This document shows, in pieces, positions 51,101 to 59,905 of a stretch of DNA of 64,000 bases. This stretch comes from an uncultured Azospirillaceae bacterium. Its GTDB lineage: Bacteria; Pseudomonadota; Alphaproteobacteria; RF32; CAG-239. Position 1 is the stretch's first letter; every line of letters starts with the position of its first letter. The notes beneath the pieces are model-generated. The model was not told where the DNA came from. It worked only from the letters and a program-made list of their open reading frames with translations, and made no database searches. The stretch covers positions 67,845-131,844 of the forward strand of contig CAYPFN010000001.1 of the NCBI GenBank assembly GCA_964410325.1, written 5' to 3'. The position numbers and the translations under genes were made by a program.

Positions 51101-51314
51101 GGAAAATTTAAATAAGGAAGAAACCTATAAATATGTCAACAATGCGTTCAGAAACGGCTATGTTCAGGAAAACGGAATACAAATCAATAAGGTTTTGCCG
51201 CCACTTCCAATTATAGACTCGCAAAAAAGACGGCAAAAGAAGAAAGAAATGGTTATCCGGAAGATTACCGCTTTCTTTAATCGCTTTCGCGATGTTTCTA
51301 CGGGTGGGGTGTAA
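48186..51314 (+). CDS. hsdR: Type I restriction enzyme endonuclease/helicase subunit HsdR
   Basis: 1042 aa; SF2 helicase motifs (TGSGKT Walker A, DECH box as FDECHRSQ), conserved HsdR N-terminal nuclease region. Confidence 0.9.
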   Translation: MNKINVIAENPESTVVAEYQGMKTKQTEYQSEADLEKAFIKQLQNQAYDYLPIHSEKDLIDNLRRQLEKLNDYHFTDREWDRFFKQEIANPNYGIKEKTRIIQEDYKKVLDYEKPVDNYHFRNILLIDKDNIHNNTLQVINQYETDEGARANRYDATILVNGLPLVHIELKRRGVDIKDAFNQINRYQNDSFWAGSGLYEFVQIFVISNGTYTKYYSNTTRQSHIGENTGTSSKKGKKTSNSFEFTSWWADRKNKPIIDLIDFAKTFFARHTILNILTRYCVFTSDEMLMVMRPYQIVATESIINKINIASNYKQYGTIDGGGYIWHTTGSGKTLSSFKTARIASNLPNIDKVLFVVDRKDLDYQTMKEYDKFEKGAANSNTSTAVLKKQLEDNNARIIITTIQKLTCFIKKNKEHPVYNKHVVIIFDECHRSQFGEMHQAITKTFRKYHLFGFTGTPIFAENANTGCKSDLKTTAQLFGEQLHTYTIVDAIADKNVLPFRIDYISTMKEQENIKDSKVWDINREKALAAPERISRIVSYILEHFNQKTMRNDRSYCYNILTNVTEVAKAKNRKDIEEIKQKVRLTGFNSIFAVSSIPFAKLYYEEFQKQMAENPLQKLKIATIFSFGVNGDDNSDDGVFDENPEDTGGLDKSDRDFLESAIGDYNKMFGTSYDTSGDKFQNYYKDVSMRMKNREIDLLIVVNMFLTGFDATTLNTLWVDKNLKMQGLLQAFSRTNRILNAVKAFGNIVCFRNLEEATNKSLALFGDKKAGGIVLLKTFAEYYNGYIDDKGKSVKGYKELIGELEEKYPAGELIVSEKEKRDFVKLYGAILRLKNILSSFDEFAGKEILTERDVQDYHSQYLRIYDELRPQGKEKDNVNDDLVFEIELIKQVEINIDYILMLIKKYHDGHMEDKEIKVSILKSVDSSIELRSKKDLIENFINSLTPGSNIDADWKKYVHEQKITELDKIIEEENLNKEETYKYVNNAFRNGYVQENGIQINKVLPPLPIIDSQKRRQKKKEMVIRKITAFFNRFRDVSTGGV

Positions 51315-51344
51315 AAGGATGAAAATTAAAAAAACTGCAAAAAC

Positions 51345-51375
51345 TTTGGAGTACTAAAAAAACTCCCGATGAAGG
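51345..51375. terminator. Bidirectional intrinsic terminator between hsdR and the MFS gene
   Basis: CTCCC-GATGAA-GGGAG hairpin flanked by an A7 run and a T5 run. Confidence 0.6.
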
Positions 51376-51439
51376 GAGTTTTTGGGTAACTTTAAGGCGC
51401 AGGCTAAGCTTTTTAGCAAAAGAAATCGGTGGTTAAAAT

Positions 51440-52630
51440 CTATTCAAAAATCGTTTTGTTGCCCAGACCGGTACATACGGCGGCGCCAAATGCGGAGATA
51501 ACCAGTACAATGCCGGTTGAAACCATGATGTCGCCTAATCCGACCAAGGGCGAAACAATGCTGCCGAACAGAAACCCCGCAGCGCCTAAAACAGCCGAGG
51601 CTGTTCCGGCATTGCTCCGGGTCGCGTTCATGGCGACGGTGGTGGCAATGGTAAGTGACATGCCCAAGCAAAAGCTTAGAATAAACAAAAGTCCTTCAAA
51701 AATGATAACGGACACATTAGCCAGCATTGCCAACAATAAAAGCCAGCAACAGGAATTAAGGCCGCCGACACTGATTTTTAATCCGAACTGCTGATTTTTA
51801 AAGCTCGCAGCAAAGGCGGCGCCACCGCCGATGGCAATGGCATTGGCGGCAAAAAACAGGCTGAAGGCCAAGGCCGAAAACCCATAATGTGTCTGAATAA
51901 TAAAAGGTGACGAGGCAATATAAGCAAACAAAATGGCCGATGCAAACGATGATTCTAACGTGTAAAAAACAAAAGTTTTATTTTGTAGCACAATTTTAAA
52001 TAAATTAAACGTTTTACTTAATTTTTCCTGTGAGCGTCGCGGATGGGACAAACTTTCACTGAAATAATGGCAGAGGGTCAGGATGATAAGTCCTAAAAAC
52101 AATAAAATTATGAAAATTCCCTGCCAGCCGATAGGTTTAATGACCACACCGCCGATAACTGGCGCGGCGATGGGGGCAATGCTGTTGATGGCGCCGATAA
52201 TTGCCAGAGCTTTGGCCAGATTCTGACCCTTGAATTTATCTGTGGCAATCGAACGGGAAATAACAATCCCGCCGGAAGCGGCAATGCCCTGTACAAAGCG
52301 CAATAAAACAAAAATTTCAATTGTCGGGGCAAGAATACAGGCCAGGGTGGAAAGAACAAACAACAGCATGGAAATTACCAACGGCGTCCGACGTCCGAAT
52401 TTGTCGCTTAACGGACCAAACACAAGTTGGCCGGCGGCCAGTCCGAGCATTGAAAAAGTGAGCCCCATTTGTACCATGGAAATACTGGTGTTAAAATAAG
52501 AAACCATGACGGGAAGACCGGGCAGATACATATCGGTTACAAACGGTCCGAAAGCTGTCAGCATTCCCAGAAATATGAATAGGAATAAAGCAGAGTTTGT
52601 TTTTATGGTTGTTTTTTTTGTTTGGGTCAT
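51440..52630 (-). CDS. MFS transporter, Bcr/CflA drug-resistance subfamily
   Basis: 12 TM helices; N-terminal FGPFVTDMYLPGLP and LGLAAGQLVFGPLSDKFGRR motifs typical of the Bcr/CflA family. Confidence 0.75.
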   Translation of the reverse strand: MTQTKKTTIKTNSALFLFIFLGMLTAFGPFVTDMYLPGLPVMVSYFNTSISMVQMGLTFSMLGLAAGQLVFGPLSDKFGRRTPLVISMLLFVLSTLACILAPTIEIFVLLRFVQGIAASGGIVISRSIATDKFKGQNLAKALAIIGAINSIAPIAAPVIGGVVIKPIGWQGIFIILLFLGLIILTLCHYFSESLSHPRRSQEKLSKTFNLFKIVLQNKTFVFYTLESSFASAILFAYIASSPFIIQTHYGFSALAFSLFFAANAIAIGGGAAFAASFKNQQFGLKISVGGLNSCCWLLLLAMLANVSVIIFEGLLFILSFCLGMSLTIATTVAMNATRSNAGTASAVLGAAGFLFGSIVSPLVGLGDIMVSTGIVLVISAFGAAVCTGLGNKTIFE

Positions 52631-52819
52631 ATTATTTCCTTGTTGTCAGTACGGATGAATTTACGCGATTTTATGATAGTCAGACTACTTTTAATATGGA
52701 TTTTGAAAATGGCAAGTGTTTTTGGAAAACAAGGTGGGGATGTTTGGGTATGTATATGAAACCAGATGTGCCGATATCTTAAAAAAATTCCCCCGTTAAA
52801 AAAACGCGGGAACTTTTTC

Positions 52820-52990
52820 ATCAGGCATTGATGATGAATTTGCCGTTGCGGTATTTGACCGTAATCACATCACCTGGTTTGGGCGCTGTTGCCAAGTTGG
52901 CAATCGTAAGGATAATACCGCCCGTTTCATCTCTAACAATGAGTCTCCATTGACTTTTAATGGAGGTCACTTTTTGAATAGTTGCTTTCA
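52820..52990 (-). CDS. Small hypothetical protein (56 aa)
   Basis: MKATIQKVTSIKSQWRLIVRDETGGIILTIANLATAPKPGDVITVKYRNGKFIINA. Too short to appear in the ORF table; coordinates approximate. Confidence 0.3.
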
Positions 52991-53086
52991 TAAGTATAAA
53001 AAATTAAAAATATTAAAGACACTTTTAGAATAGATAAGAAACTGATTTCATTAATAAATTTTTTAAATCAGCTAAAGACGATTAAC

Positions 53087-53830
53087 TTATATTTTTTGCC
53101 ATTTTATCCGTAAACGTGCCAGTTCTCGGTCGTCGCTTAAGGCCTTGACGGAATGGCAGGTTGTTTTGTCATTAATCTCGGTTATGATTTCAACATCTTC
53201 GCCCAGATGTCCTTCTTTTTTGAAAGCAATTTCGATTTCGGCCGGAAAGTGTGTGTCGCGAAAATCATGATCAACACTTTCGATTGCCCAAAGCGGGTAC
53301 ACGGCGTTGTTAACATGACGGTTAAAGTCTATGTCGTCAAAACGTACGGAAAAACGCCGCTGGCAATCAACTCTTTCGGGTTCGGGAAGTTTGGGAAAGT
53401 CGGTTTCCAGTGCGCGTTCGGTAATAACCGAATATTCTGGCAGATGCTCTTTAAGGGAAATTGGGCGTTTGCGGATAAAATCAATGAGTATCCACTGGCT
53501 GGAAGCTGTTATCAATATGTTGCCCGCGTTGTCATATACGATGAAGTCGCGGATGGCTCCGAGTTTTTTTTCGGCAGCCGGCCAGGTTTCGACATGAATA
53601 GTTTCGTGTAAAACTGGCAAGCGTTTGATGCAGATATGATAATTTGAACCAACCCAAGCCAGGCCTTTTTCCAGACAGAATTCCAGCCCAAGCCCGAGAG
53701 CAGAAGCGTTGGAATCGGCCATATCCTGAAAGATGTTCATCAAAGTTAAAATGCGCAGATTGCTGTTTTTATCGCATTCATAAGTCCGGATTTGGTATTC
53801 TTTTTTCCACTTCTGCATTATTGGGCTCAA
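53087..53830 (-). CDS. Acyl-ACP thioesterase family protein
   Basis: 247 aa with a double hot-dog layout; conserved blocks YECDKNSNLRI...NIFQDMA...GLAWVGSNYHI...ETWP typical of Pfam Acyl-ACP_TE. Confidence 0.6.
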   Translation of the reverse strand: MSPIMQKWKKEYQIRTYECDKNSNLRILTLMNIFQDMADSNASALGLGLEFCLEKGLAWVGSNYHICIKRLPVLHETIHVETWPAAEKKLGAIRDFIVYDNAGNILITASSQWILIDFIRKRPISLKEHLPEYSVITERALETDFPKLPEPERVDCQRRFSVRFDDIDFNRHVNNAVYPLWAIESVDHDFRDTHFPAEIEIAFKKEGHLGEDVEIITEINDKTTCHSVKALSDDRELARLRIKWQKI

Positions 53831-53831
53831 T

Positions 53832-54443
53832 TTAGAATAAAGAGGCCTGCTTTTCGGTCTCGAGAACAGCTACTTTAATTTGTTCAAAACGGGATAAAAG
53901 CCTTTTCTTGTATTTTAAACCACGAGAGGGGATCTTCGAATGGTAATCCATGGCGGCTTTTTGCCAATCGCCGCACCGGTTATAAAGTTTAGTTAAAAAT
54001 TTGGCGCTGTATTCCACGTTTGTATCCGGATCAAGGGCTTCTTCTATAGTTTTAAAAGCTTTGCCGTGATATTTTAAATTGATTTGCATGCAGCCAACGT
54101 CAATGTTGTGAATGCCTTTTTCCTGAAGTTGCTTAACTTTGGCAACAGCTTCTTCTTTTGTATTAAAATAATAACCTTTGCCGTTGACATTAATTGTCCA
54201 GGGCCAAGAAACAATTTCACGCTGCGTGTCATTCCAGCGGCCAGTTTCAACACTTGAAATTGTTTGCAACAGATGTTCTTTAATTCCATATTTTTCCTCC
54301 ATACGCGCCGCCGAAAGCGAACACATCTCTGCAACTTCAACCTTAATTGAGGAAGATGATTCGGTTTCATATTCTTTTTGGGCTTTAAGAGGATGGACAA
54401 TAACTAAAGAAACAATCAATAAAAAAAGAATTTTTCTCAGCAC
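53832..54443 (-). CDS. Lytic transglycosylase (SLT) domain protein, secreted
   Basis: Signal peptide; SSVETGRWN...WPWTINVNGKGYYF motif as in Rhizobiales SLT-domain proteins. Confidence 0.55.
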   Translation of the reverse strand: MLRKILFLLIVSLVIVHPLKAQKEYETESSSSIKVEVAEMCSLSAARMEEKYGIKEHLLQTISSVETGRWNDTQREIVSWPWTINVNGKGYYFNTKEEAVAKVKQLQEKGIHNIDVGCMQINLKYHGKAFKTIEEALDPDTNVEYSAKFLTKLYNRCGDWQKAAMDYHSKIPSRGLKYKKRLLSRFEQIKVAVLETEKQASLF

Positions 54444-54627
54444 AGTAAAAAATTATCCTATCTTCCCAACTTTAGGCAGAGAATTTCCCTCGTAAACAGA
54501 TTTCCATCCTACCAACCAAAGAACTAATTCCTTGGAAGACCTAAAGAAGGGTGTTAAACAAATTTTAATTTCTGTTAAAAACATATTAACAGAAATCACA
54601 TTTTGTAGCTAAGTAGCATATTTTTTT

Positions 54628-55548
54628 TTAAAAATCTAGTAGTTTTTTTGCAAATTCTTGAATGGAGCTGTTTATATCCGAACTAACTTTTTGAAAATGT
54701 GAATTTTTCTTTAGAAAAATTTCCTCTGCATAAATTTTCCGATTAATTTCTATTTGCATGGTATAAATTTTTTTGCGCGGCTGACAGTAATTGAATGTTG
54801 TGAAAGCGCCAGAATACGGGATGTTTGCTGTTACGGTGTAGCCGAAACGGCTTAGGGTGTTTTGCAGAAATGCCGTATATTCAGTCGGACAGCTTTGTGA
54901 AAATAAATCTCCTAAACAAAAATCAATGTGCGGGCTGTCTGGAATAATATTACAAATTTTTGAGGGCATGGAATGGCAGTCAAGGATGCAGCAAAAGCCG
55001 AATTTTTTGGCGCATTTGTTGATAAGTTGCTGGAGGCGCTTGTGATATATGTCATAGACATTTTTAATCCGCTCTTGCACTTCCTGATAAGACAACAGAC
55101 CGTCATAGATGGGCCGGTTTGCCACGTCTATACGATGGATAAGCCCTAAACCAAATCGACAGCGATTGTTTTCAATAGCGATTTTATCTTCTGGATAGTT
55201 ATAAAACATTTTGGCATCAACTTCGATTTTATCCCGATTGACATCAATAAAAGATCGGGCCACATTCATGCATAAAACCGGAATACCGCCTTCGGCAAGT
55301 GGCCAGACTAATTCGTCGACAAATAAATCTTCATTGCTGCGTAATTGTTCTTCGGTTAAGGCGACGTTTTGTAAAAATTCTTCGGGGAAATAACGTCCGG
55401 CATGTGGCACGGAAATAACGACTGGATATCGGATATCAGAAGTTCCGACTTCCCTGTATATAGTTATTTTTTTGTAATCTATCTTAAAAGCGCATGGTTT
55501 GACAGGCAATGTTTGTTCCCTTTCAATCAGGCTGAAATTATAGGACAT
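54628..55548 (-). CDS. N-formylglutamate amidohydrolase (FGase) family protein
   Basis: 306 aa; VVISVPHAGRYFPEEF and conserved FGase-like blocks. Confidence 0.5.
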   Translation of the reverse strand: MSYNFSLIEREQTLPVKPCAFKIDYKKITIYREVGTSDIRYPVVISVPHAGRYFPEEFLQNVALTEEQLRSNEDLFVDELVWPLAEGGIPVLCMNVARSFIDVNRDKIEVDAKMFYNYPEDKIAIENNRCRFGLGLIHRIDVANRPIYDGLLSYQEVQERIKNVYDIYHKRLQQLINKCAKKFGFCCILDCHSMPSKICNIIPDSPHIDFCLGDLFSQSCPTEYTAFLQNTLSRFGYTVTANIPYSGAFTTFNYCQPRKKIYTMQIEINRKIYAEEIFLKKNSHFQKVSSDINSSIQEFAKKLLDF

Positions 55549-55644
55549 AAGTCTTAACTTTTTATAAAAAGCAAAAAAGTTTTAAAAATAATAAAAAATA
55601 GCTTGCCAAATGCTTTTTGTTGTGTTAGTTAAGCTACTACTTTC

Positions 55645-55721
<77 letters not shown>

Positions 55722-55769
55722 TTTTGACCGGCGATGAGCCGGTTCTTTATTGGATTAATTCTATTTTCA

Positions 55770-55846
55770 GGGTGTGTAGCTCAGTTGGTTAGAGCGCTGC
55801 GTTCACATCGCAGAGGTCACAAGTTCGAGTCTTGTCATACCCACCA
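55770..55846 (+). tRNA. tRNA-Val (anticodon CAC)
   Basis: Near-identical to the upstream tRNA except for the anticodon arm CTGCG-TTCACAT-CGCAG. Confidence 0.85.
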
Positions 55847-55966
55847 ATTAAGTAAGCCGGCGTGAAGTCGGTTTTTTTATAGCAGGTATAAAGAATCAGC
55901 ATTAAGGCTCAAACTTATAAATTTTTAATATAGGGCTGATGTATACAGGATATTTATTTGGTTGAT

Positions 55967-56881
55967 TTACAACCCTATAAGATTTTGGGCATAATCTTTG
56001 GCATTAAAGACATCTAAATCTTCAATTTTTTCACCGATGCCTATGAAATAAACTGGCGTTGGGTATTCTTCGGCAACGGCTGCCAAAATCCCGCCTTTGG
56101 CTGAACCGTCAAGTTTGGTAATGACTAAGCCGTCAATATTAACCATATCTTTGAAAATTTGAACTTGCGAAACGGTATTTTGACCGGTGGTAGCATCAAG
56201 GGTTAATAAAGTTTTGTGCGGAGCTTCTGGTATGACTTTTTTAATCACGCGGATAATTTTTTTTAATTCATCCATTAAGCCGTTTTTGTTTTGCAAACGG
56301 CCGGCTGTGTCAATAAAAACAACGTCATCTCCAGCTTTAATGGCGGCGTTTAGGCCATCATAACACAAACCAGCACTGTCGCAGCCAGCAGCACCGGAAA
56401 ATACCCGAATCGAAGAGCGCTCGCCCCAGGTTTGTAATTGCTCGACTGCGGCGGCACGAAAGGTGTCGGCGGCGATGAAAGAAACCTGCTTGCCGGCGGT
56501 TTTGAGTTTGGCGGCCAGTTTGCCGATAGTGGTGGTTTTTCCGGCACCGTTAACGCCGACCATTAAAATAACATAGGGTGGTTTTGGTGCTTCAACTTTA
56601 AATTCAGCTTCACAGGATTTTAGAATTTCGGCAATATCTTCAGCAAGCGTTTGTTTAATTTCTTCTTCCGAACTTTCTTTATTCAAGCGTTTTTTTGCAA
56701 AAGCGGCGATGATTTTGGCAGAGGCTTTGACACCCATGTCCGCGCTGATGAGGAGTTCTTCCAACTCTTCTAAGGTTTGTGCGTCAACTTTGCGTTTGGT
56801 GAAAATGTCACTAATTCCGTCGCTGATTTTAGCGGAGGTTTTTTTTAAGCTTAATCCGAGTTTTTGAAAAAAATTAACCAT
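55967..56881 (-). CDS. ftsY: Signal recognition particle receptor FtsY
   Basis: 304 aa NG domain only; MVGVNGAGKTTTIGKLA (G1), DTAGR (G3); no M domain, so not Ffh. Confidence 0.85.
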   Translation of the reverse strand: MVNFFQKLGLSLKKTSAKISDGISDIFTKRKVDAQTLEELEELLISADMGVKASAKIIAAFAKKRLNKESSEEEIKQTLAEDIAEILKSCEAEFKVEAPKPPYVILMVGVNGAGKTTTIGKLAAKLKTAGKQVSFIAADTFRAAAVEQLQTWGERSSIRVFSGAAGCDSAGLCYDGLNAAIKAGDDVVFIDTAGRLQNKNGLMDELKKIIRVIKKVIPEAPHKTLLTLDATTGQNTVSQVQIFKDMVNIDGLVITKLDGSAKGGILAAVAEEYPTPVYFIGIGEKIEDLDVFNAKDYAQNLIGL

Positions 56882-57917
56882 TCTGTTCCTCTCTTTTGCT
56901 TCTTAAAATTTTAGCACGGCGCCGGCGTTCTTCCATGTCAATCTGTGGTAGGCGGGCGGCTGGCGTCCCGGGGCGTTCTGAATATGGAAAAACGTGCAGA
57001 CGGTCAATGCCGGCCTCATCTACCAATTTGCAGGTATTGTTAAAGGCTTCCAGACTTTCGGTTGGAAAGCCACAGATAAAGTCGGCACCGAAAGTGGCTT
57101 CCGGACGGACAGCACGTATTTTTTTGCATAATATAATAACATCTTCGCGGCGGTGGCGGCGACCCATGCGTTTTAAAATCAGATTATCTCCGGATTGCGC
57201 CGATAAATGAAAATGCGGATATATGTTTGAGTATTTACCGATTATTTCGATAAAATCTTCGTCGACGGCGGCCGGGTCTAACGAACCAAACTGCAGTGAC
57301 GGCAATTCCGGAATTTGTTCCAGAATATGTCTGACTAATACGCTAAATGACGGTTTATAAGAGCAAGCATCTACGCCAGTTAGGCAAATTTCATCAAAAC
57401 CTTGCCGCAACAGAGTTTTTATCTGGCAGATAATTTCCTCTTCTGGCACAGAACGATTGCTACCGCGGGCAAACGGAATGATGCAGTAAGTGCAACGGTG
57501 GTCGCAGCCTTGCTGAATTTGTACAAATGCGCGTTGGCGTCCTTCAAAACCAGTAATCAGAAAATGATCATAATCATCATAAGCAAAAATATCGCCGACG
57601 ATGGTTTTTTCGCTTATGTCTCCGGCAAGATATTTTTCAATTTCGGCTTTCTCTTTGTTGCCGAGGATGAGGTTAACTTCTGGCATGTTGGCAAATTTTG
57701 AGGCGTTAATTTGGGCGGCACAGCCGGTCACGACGATTTTGGCCTGCGGATTTTCTTTACGAAGTTTACGTACCGCCTGTCGGCATTGGCGTTCGGCCTC
57801 GCCAGTTACGGCGCAGGTGTTGATGATAATCAAATTATCAACATTTTTGAATTTTTCTTTTAAAATTTCAGATTCAAAGCTATTTATCCGACAGCCAAAA
57901 GTGACGACTTCTACCAT
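56874..57917 (-). CDS. mtaB: MiaB/MtaB-family radical-SAM methylthiotransferase, no TRAM domain
   Basis: N-terminal MTTase domain (VEVVTFGCRINSFESE), radical SAM CDHRCTYCIIP motif; 347 aa, ends before any TRAM domain and overlaps the ftsY start. Confidence 0.7.
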   Translation of the reverse strand: MVEVVTFGCRINSFESEILKEKFKNVDNLIIINTCAVTGEAERQCRQAVRKLRKENPQAKIVVTGCAAQINASKFANMPEVNLILGNKEKAEIEKYLAGDISEKTIVGDIFAYDDYDHFLITGFEGRQRAFVQIQQGCDHRCTYCIIPFARGSNRSVPEEEIICQIKTLLRQGFDEICLTGVDACSYKPSFSVLVRHILEQIPELPSLQFGSLDPAAVDEDFIEIIGKYSNIYPHFHLSAQSGDNLILKRMGRRHRREDVIILCKKIRAVRPEATFGADFICGFPTESLEAFNNTCKLVDEAGIDRLHVFPYSERPGTPAARLPQIDMEERRRRAKILRSKREEQNG

Positions 57918-58031
57918 ATTGTTTCCTTTATTTGTATGCCTGGCACTATATAAGGAAAATTTTGTGTTTGCAATTTAATTTTGCGCTTTTATAATCAGAT
58001 CTGGCAAAATGATTATTTAAAGAGGTTTCTT

Positions 58032-58514
58032 ATGGTAAAAAAAATCGCTCTTGTTTTGGCAACGTTTTTTGGTTCGGGTTTGGCTCCTAAAGCTCCGGGA
58101 ACTTTTGGTTCGTTGGCAACTTTGCCTTTGGCTTTTATTATGATATATTTTTTTGGTCGTAGCGGTGTTTTTTATGCGGCATTGGTTAGCTTTTTTATTG
58201 GTGTTTGGGCAATTCATCAAATAATTAAGGACTGTGATGAAAAAGATCCTTCCAAGGTGGTGATTGATGAAACTGCCGGTCAGTTGGTAACCTTTTTATT
58301 GGTAGCTCCGCAATTGCGGCATAATCTGTCGCTTGAGGCATTGGGCATTTATATTGCGGGTTTCGGGTTGTTTCGCTTTTTTGATATTTTGAAGATGGGG
58401 CCAGTTAAATGGGCTGATAGCAAGTTGAAAAATGCTTGGGGTGTCATGCTGGATGATGTTTTCGCTGGTCTTTTTGCTGCAATTGTTCTGCTGTTGCTGG
58501 CTAATCGTTTTTAA
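58032..58514 (+). CDS. pgpA: Phosphatidylglycerophosphatase A
   Basis: FGSGLAPKAPGTFGSLATLPLA N-terminal PgpA motif; the ATG at 58032 is preferred over the upstream table start. Confidence 0.8.
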   Translation: MVKKIALVLATFFGSGLAPKAPGTFGSLATLPLAFIMIYFFGRSGVFYAALVSFFIGVWAIHQIIKDCDEKDPSKVVIDETAGQLVTFLLVAPQLRHNLSLEALGIYIAGFGLFRFFDILKMGPVKWADSKLKNAWGVMLDDVFAGLFAAIVLLLLANRF

Positions 58515-58576
58515 ATCTTATTTTATGATATCTTTGTTTGCAAGGTCGCGGTTGGCAACTGATTAAATGCAGATTT

Positions 58577-59545
58577 CTATTTTTTATGACGAATTTTTTG
58601 GATCCAATGTTGCACATTGCGATTGTGTTCATTTAAACTTCGGGCAAAATTGTGTCCGCCTTTGCCGTCAGCCACAAAATAAAGATAAGGCGTATCTTCT
58701 GGATGTGCGGCTGCTTCCAAAGAGCTTAAACCGGGATTGCAAATCGGTGCTGGGGGTAGACCAGCATATTTATAAGTGTTAAAAGGACTGTCTACGGACA
58801 AGTCTTTTCTTTTTAAAGGACGCCCAAGCTCCCTTTGCCCCATGGTTAAAGCATAAATTACGGTTGGGTCGGTTTGCAAAAGCATGTTTTTATTTAAACG
58901 ATTGATAAAAACCGAAGATACTTTGCCGCGTTCTGTATCGACAGCGGTTTCTTTTTCGATGATTGAGGCCAAGATAACCAATTCCTGCGACGAATCCAGC
59001 GGCAGGTTTTCAGCCCGATTTTGCCAGGCGGATTTGACGGCTTGTTTCATGGCCTGTTTAGCGTTTTTAATGATTTGATTACGGGATGCCCCTTTATGAA
59101 AACTGTAAGTTTCCGGCAAGAGTTCGCCTTCGGCTGCAGGCTCGCTGATATCGCCGCTTAAAAGAGGGTGATTGGCAATCAGCTGCAGCATTTGTGCGCT
59201 GGTTAAGCCTTCGGCCAATGTTAAACGGTGCAACACAACTTTGCCGTCGGCTATGTTTTGTAAAACATCCAACAGCGACATTCCCGGTTTGATGTTATAT
59301 TCACCGGCTTTGAGGCGCGAATCATAACCATAAAAGCGGGCGCTTAAACGTACTAAAAGCGGATGGCGGACAGCATTTTGTTCCGTTAAGGCCGTAGCCA
59401 GTGAACGTATGCCACTTCCTGGTTTTAATTCAATTGTTAGCGGCGCAGTCAATGGCAACGGCTGACGGATTTCCCGAATCAGTTGAAAACCGGCAACTGT
59501 TAAGACCAGAATCCCCAGTAAACATAAGATTAAAAACTTTTTCAT
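58577..59545 (-). CDS. mltG: Endolytic murein transglycosylase MltG (YceG family)
   Basis: N-terminal TM helix, YceG-like domain with the LQTDPTVIYAL block, 322 aa. Confidence 0.8.
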   Translation of the reverse strand: MKKFLILCLLGILVLTVAGFQLIREIRQPLPLTAPLTIELKPGSGIRSLATALTEQNAVRHPLLVRLSARFYGYDSRLKAGEYNIKPGMSLLDVLQNIADGKVVLHRLTLAEGLTSAQMLQLIANHPLLSGDISEPAAEGELLPETYSFHKGASRNQIIKNAKQAMKQAVKSAWQNRAENLPLDSSQELVILASIIEKETAVDTERGKVSSVFINRLNKNMLLQTDPTVIYALTMGQRELGRPLKRKDLSVDSPFNTYKYAGLPPAPICNPGLSSLEAAAHPEDTPYLYFVADGKGGHNFARSLNEHNRNVQHWIQKIRHKK

Positions 59546-59869
59546 TCTTTTTTCCTTTGGTGTTTAAGTTACCAGAGGCGGAAAGCAAAGTCAAGCCTGC
59601 CACAGAAAGGAGTTTTTTTTAAGTCAGAGTCTTTGAGATGGAAAAAGAAGGGTAAGTATTTAAAAAATAGTCTGTTTTTCCGACTGTTCAGCTTGGGTAA
59701 TAACAGATTTTAAATCTATGCCGACGGCAGAGACCCACATCAGCAATGTTCTTAAAGTCGGGCTGTTTTTTTATCTACAATCAAGGTGAGTGCCATACGG
59801 CTTAATCCGGTTTCTTTAGAAATTTGCGACTTGGAAATATTGCGGGAAATTCTTTGTTTTTTGTTTTAA

Positions 59870-59905
59870 TCTATACCCCCTGCAAAACAGGGGGTATCTT
59901 TTATT
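59870..59905 (+). terminator. Hairpin-plus-T-run terminator-like element abutting the accD stop codon
   Basis: ATACCCCC-TGCAAAA-CAGGGGGTAT followed by CTTTTATT on the plus strand. Confidence 0.4.
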
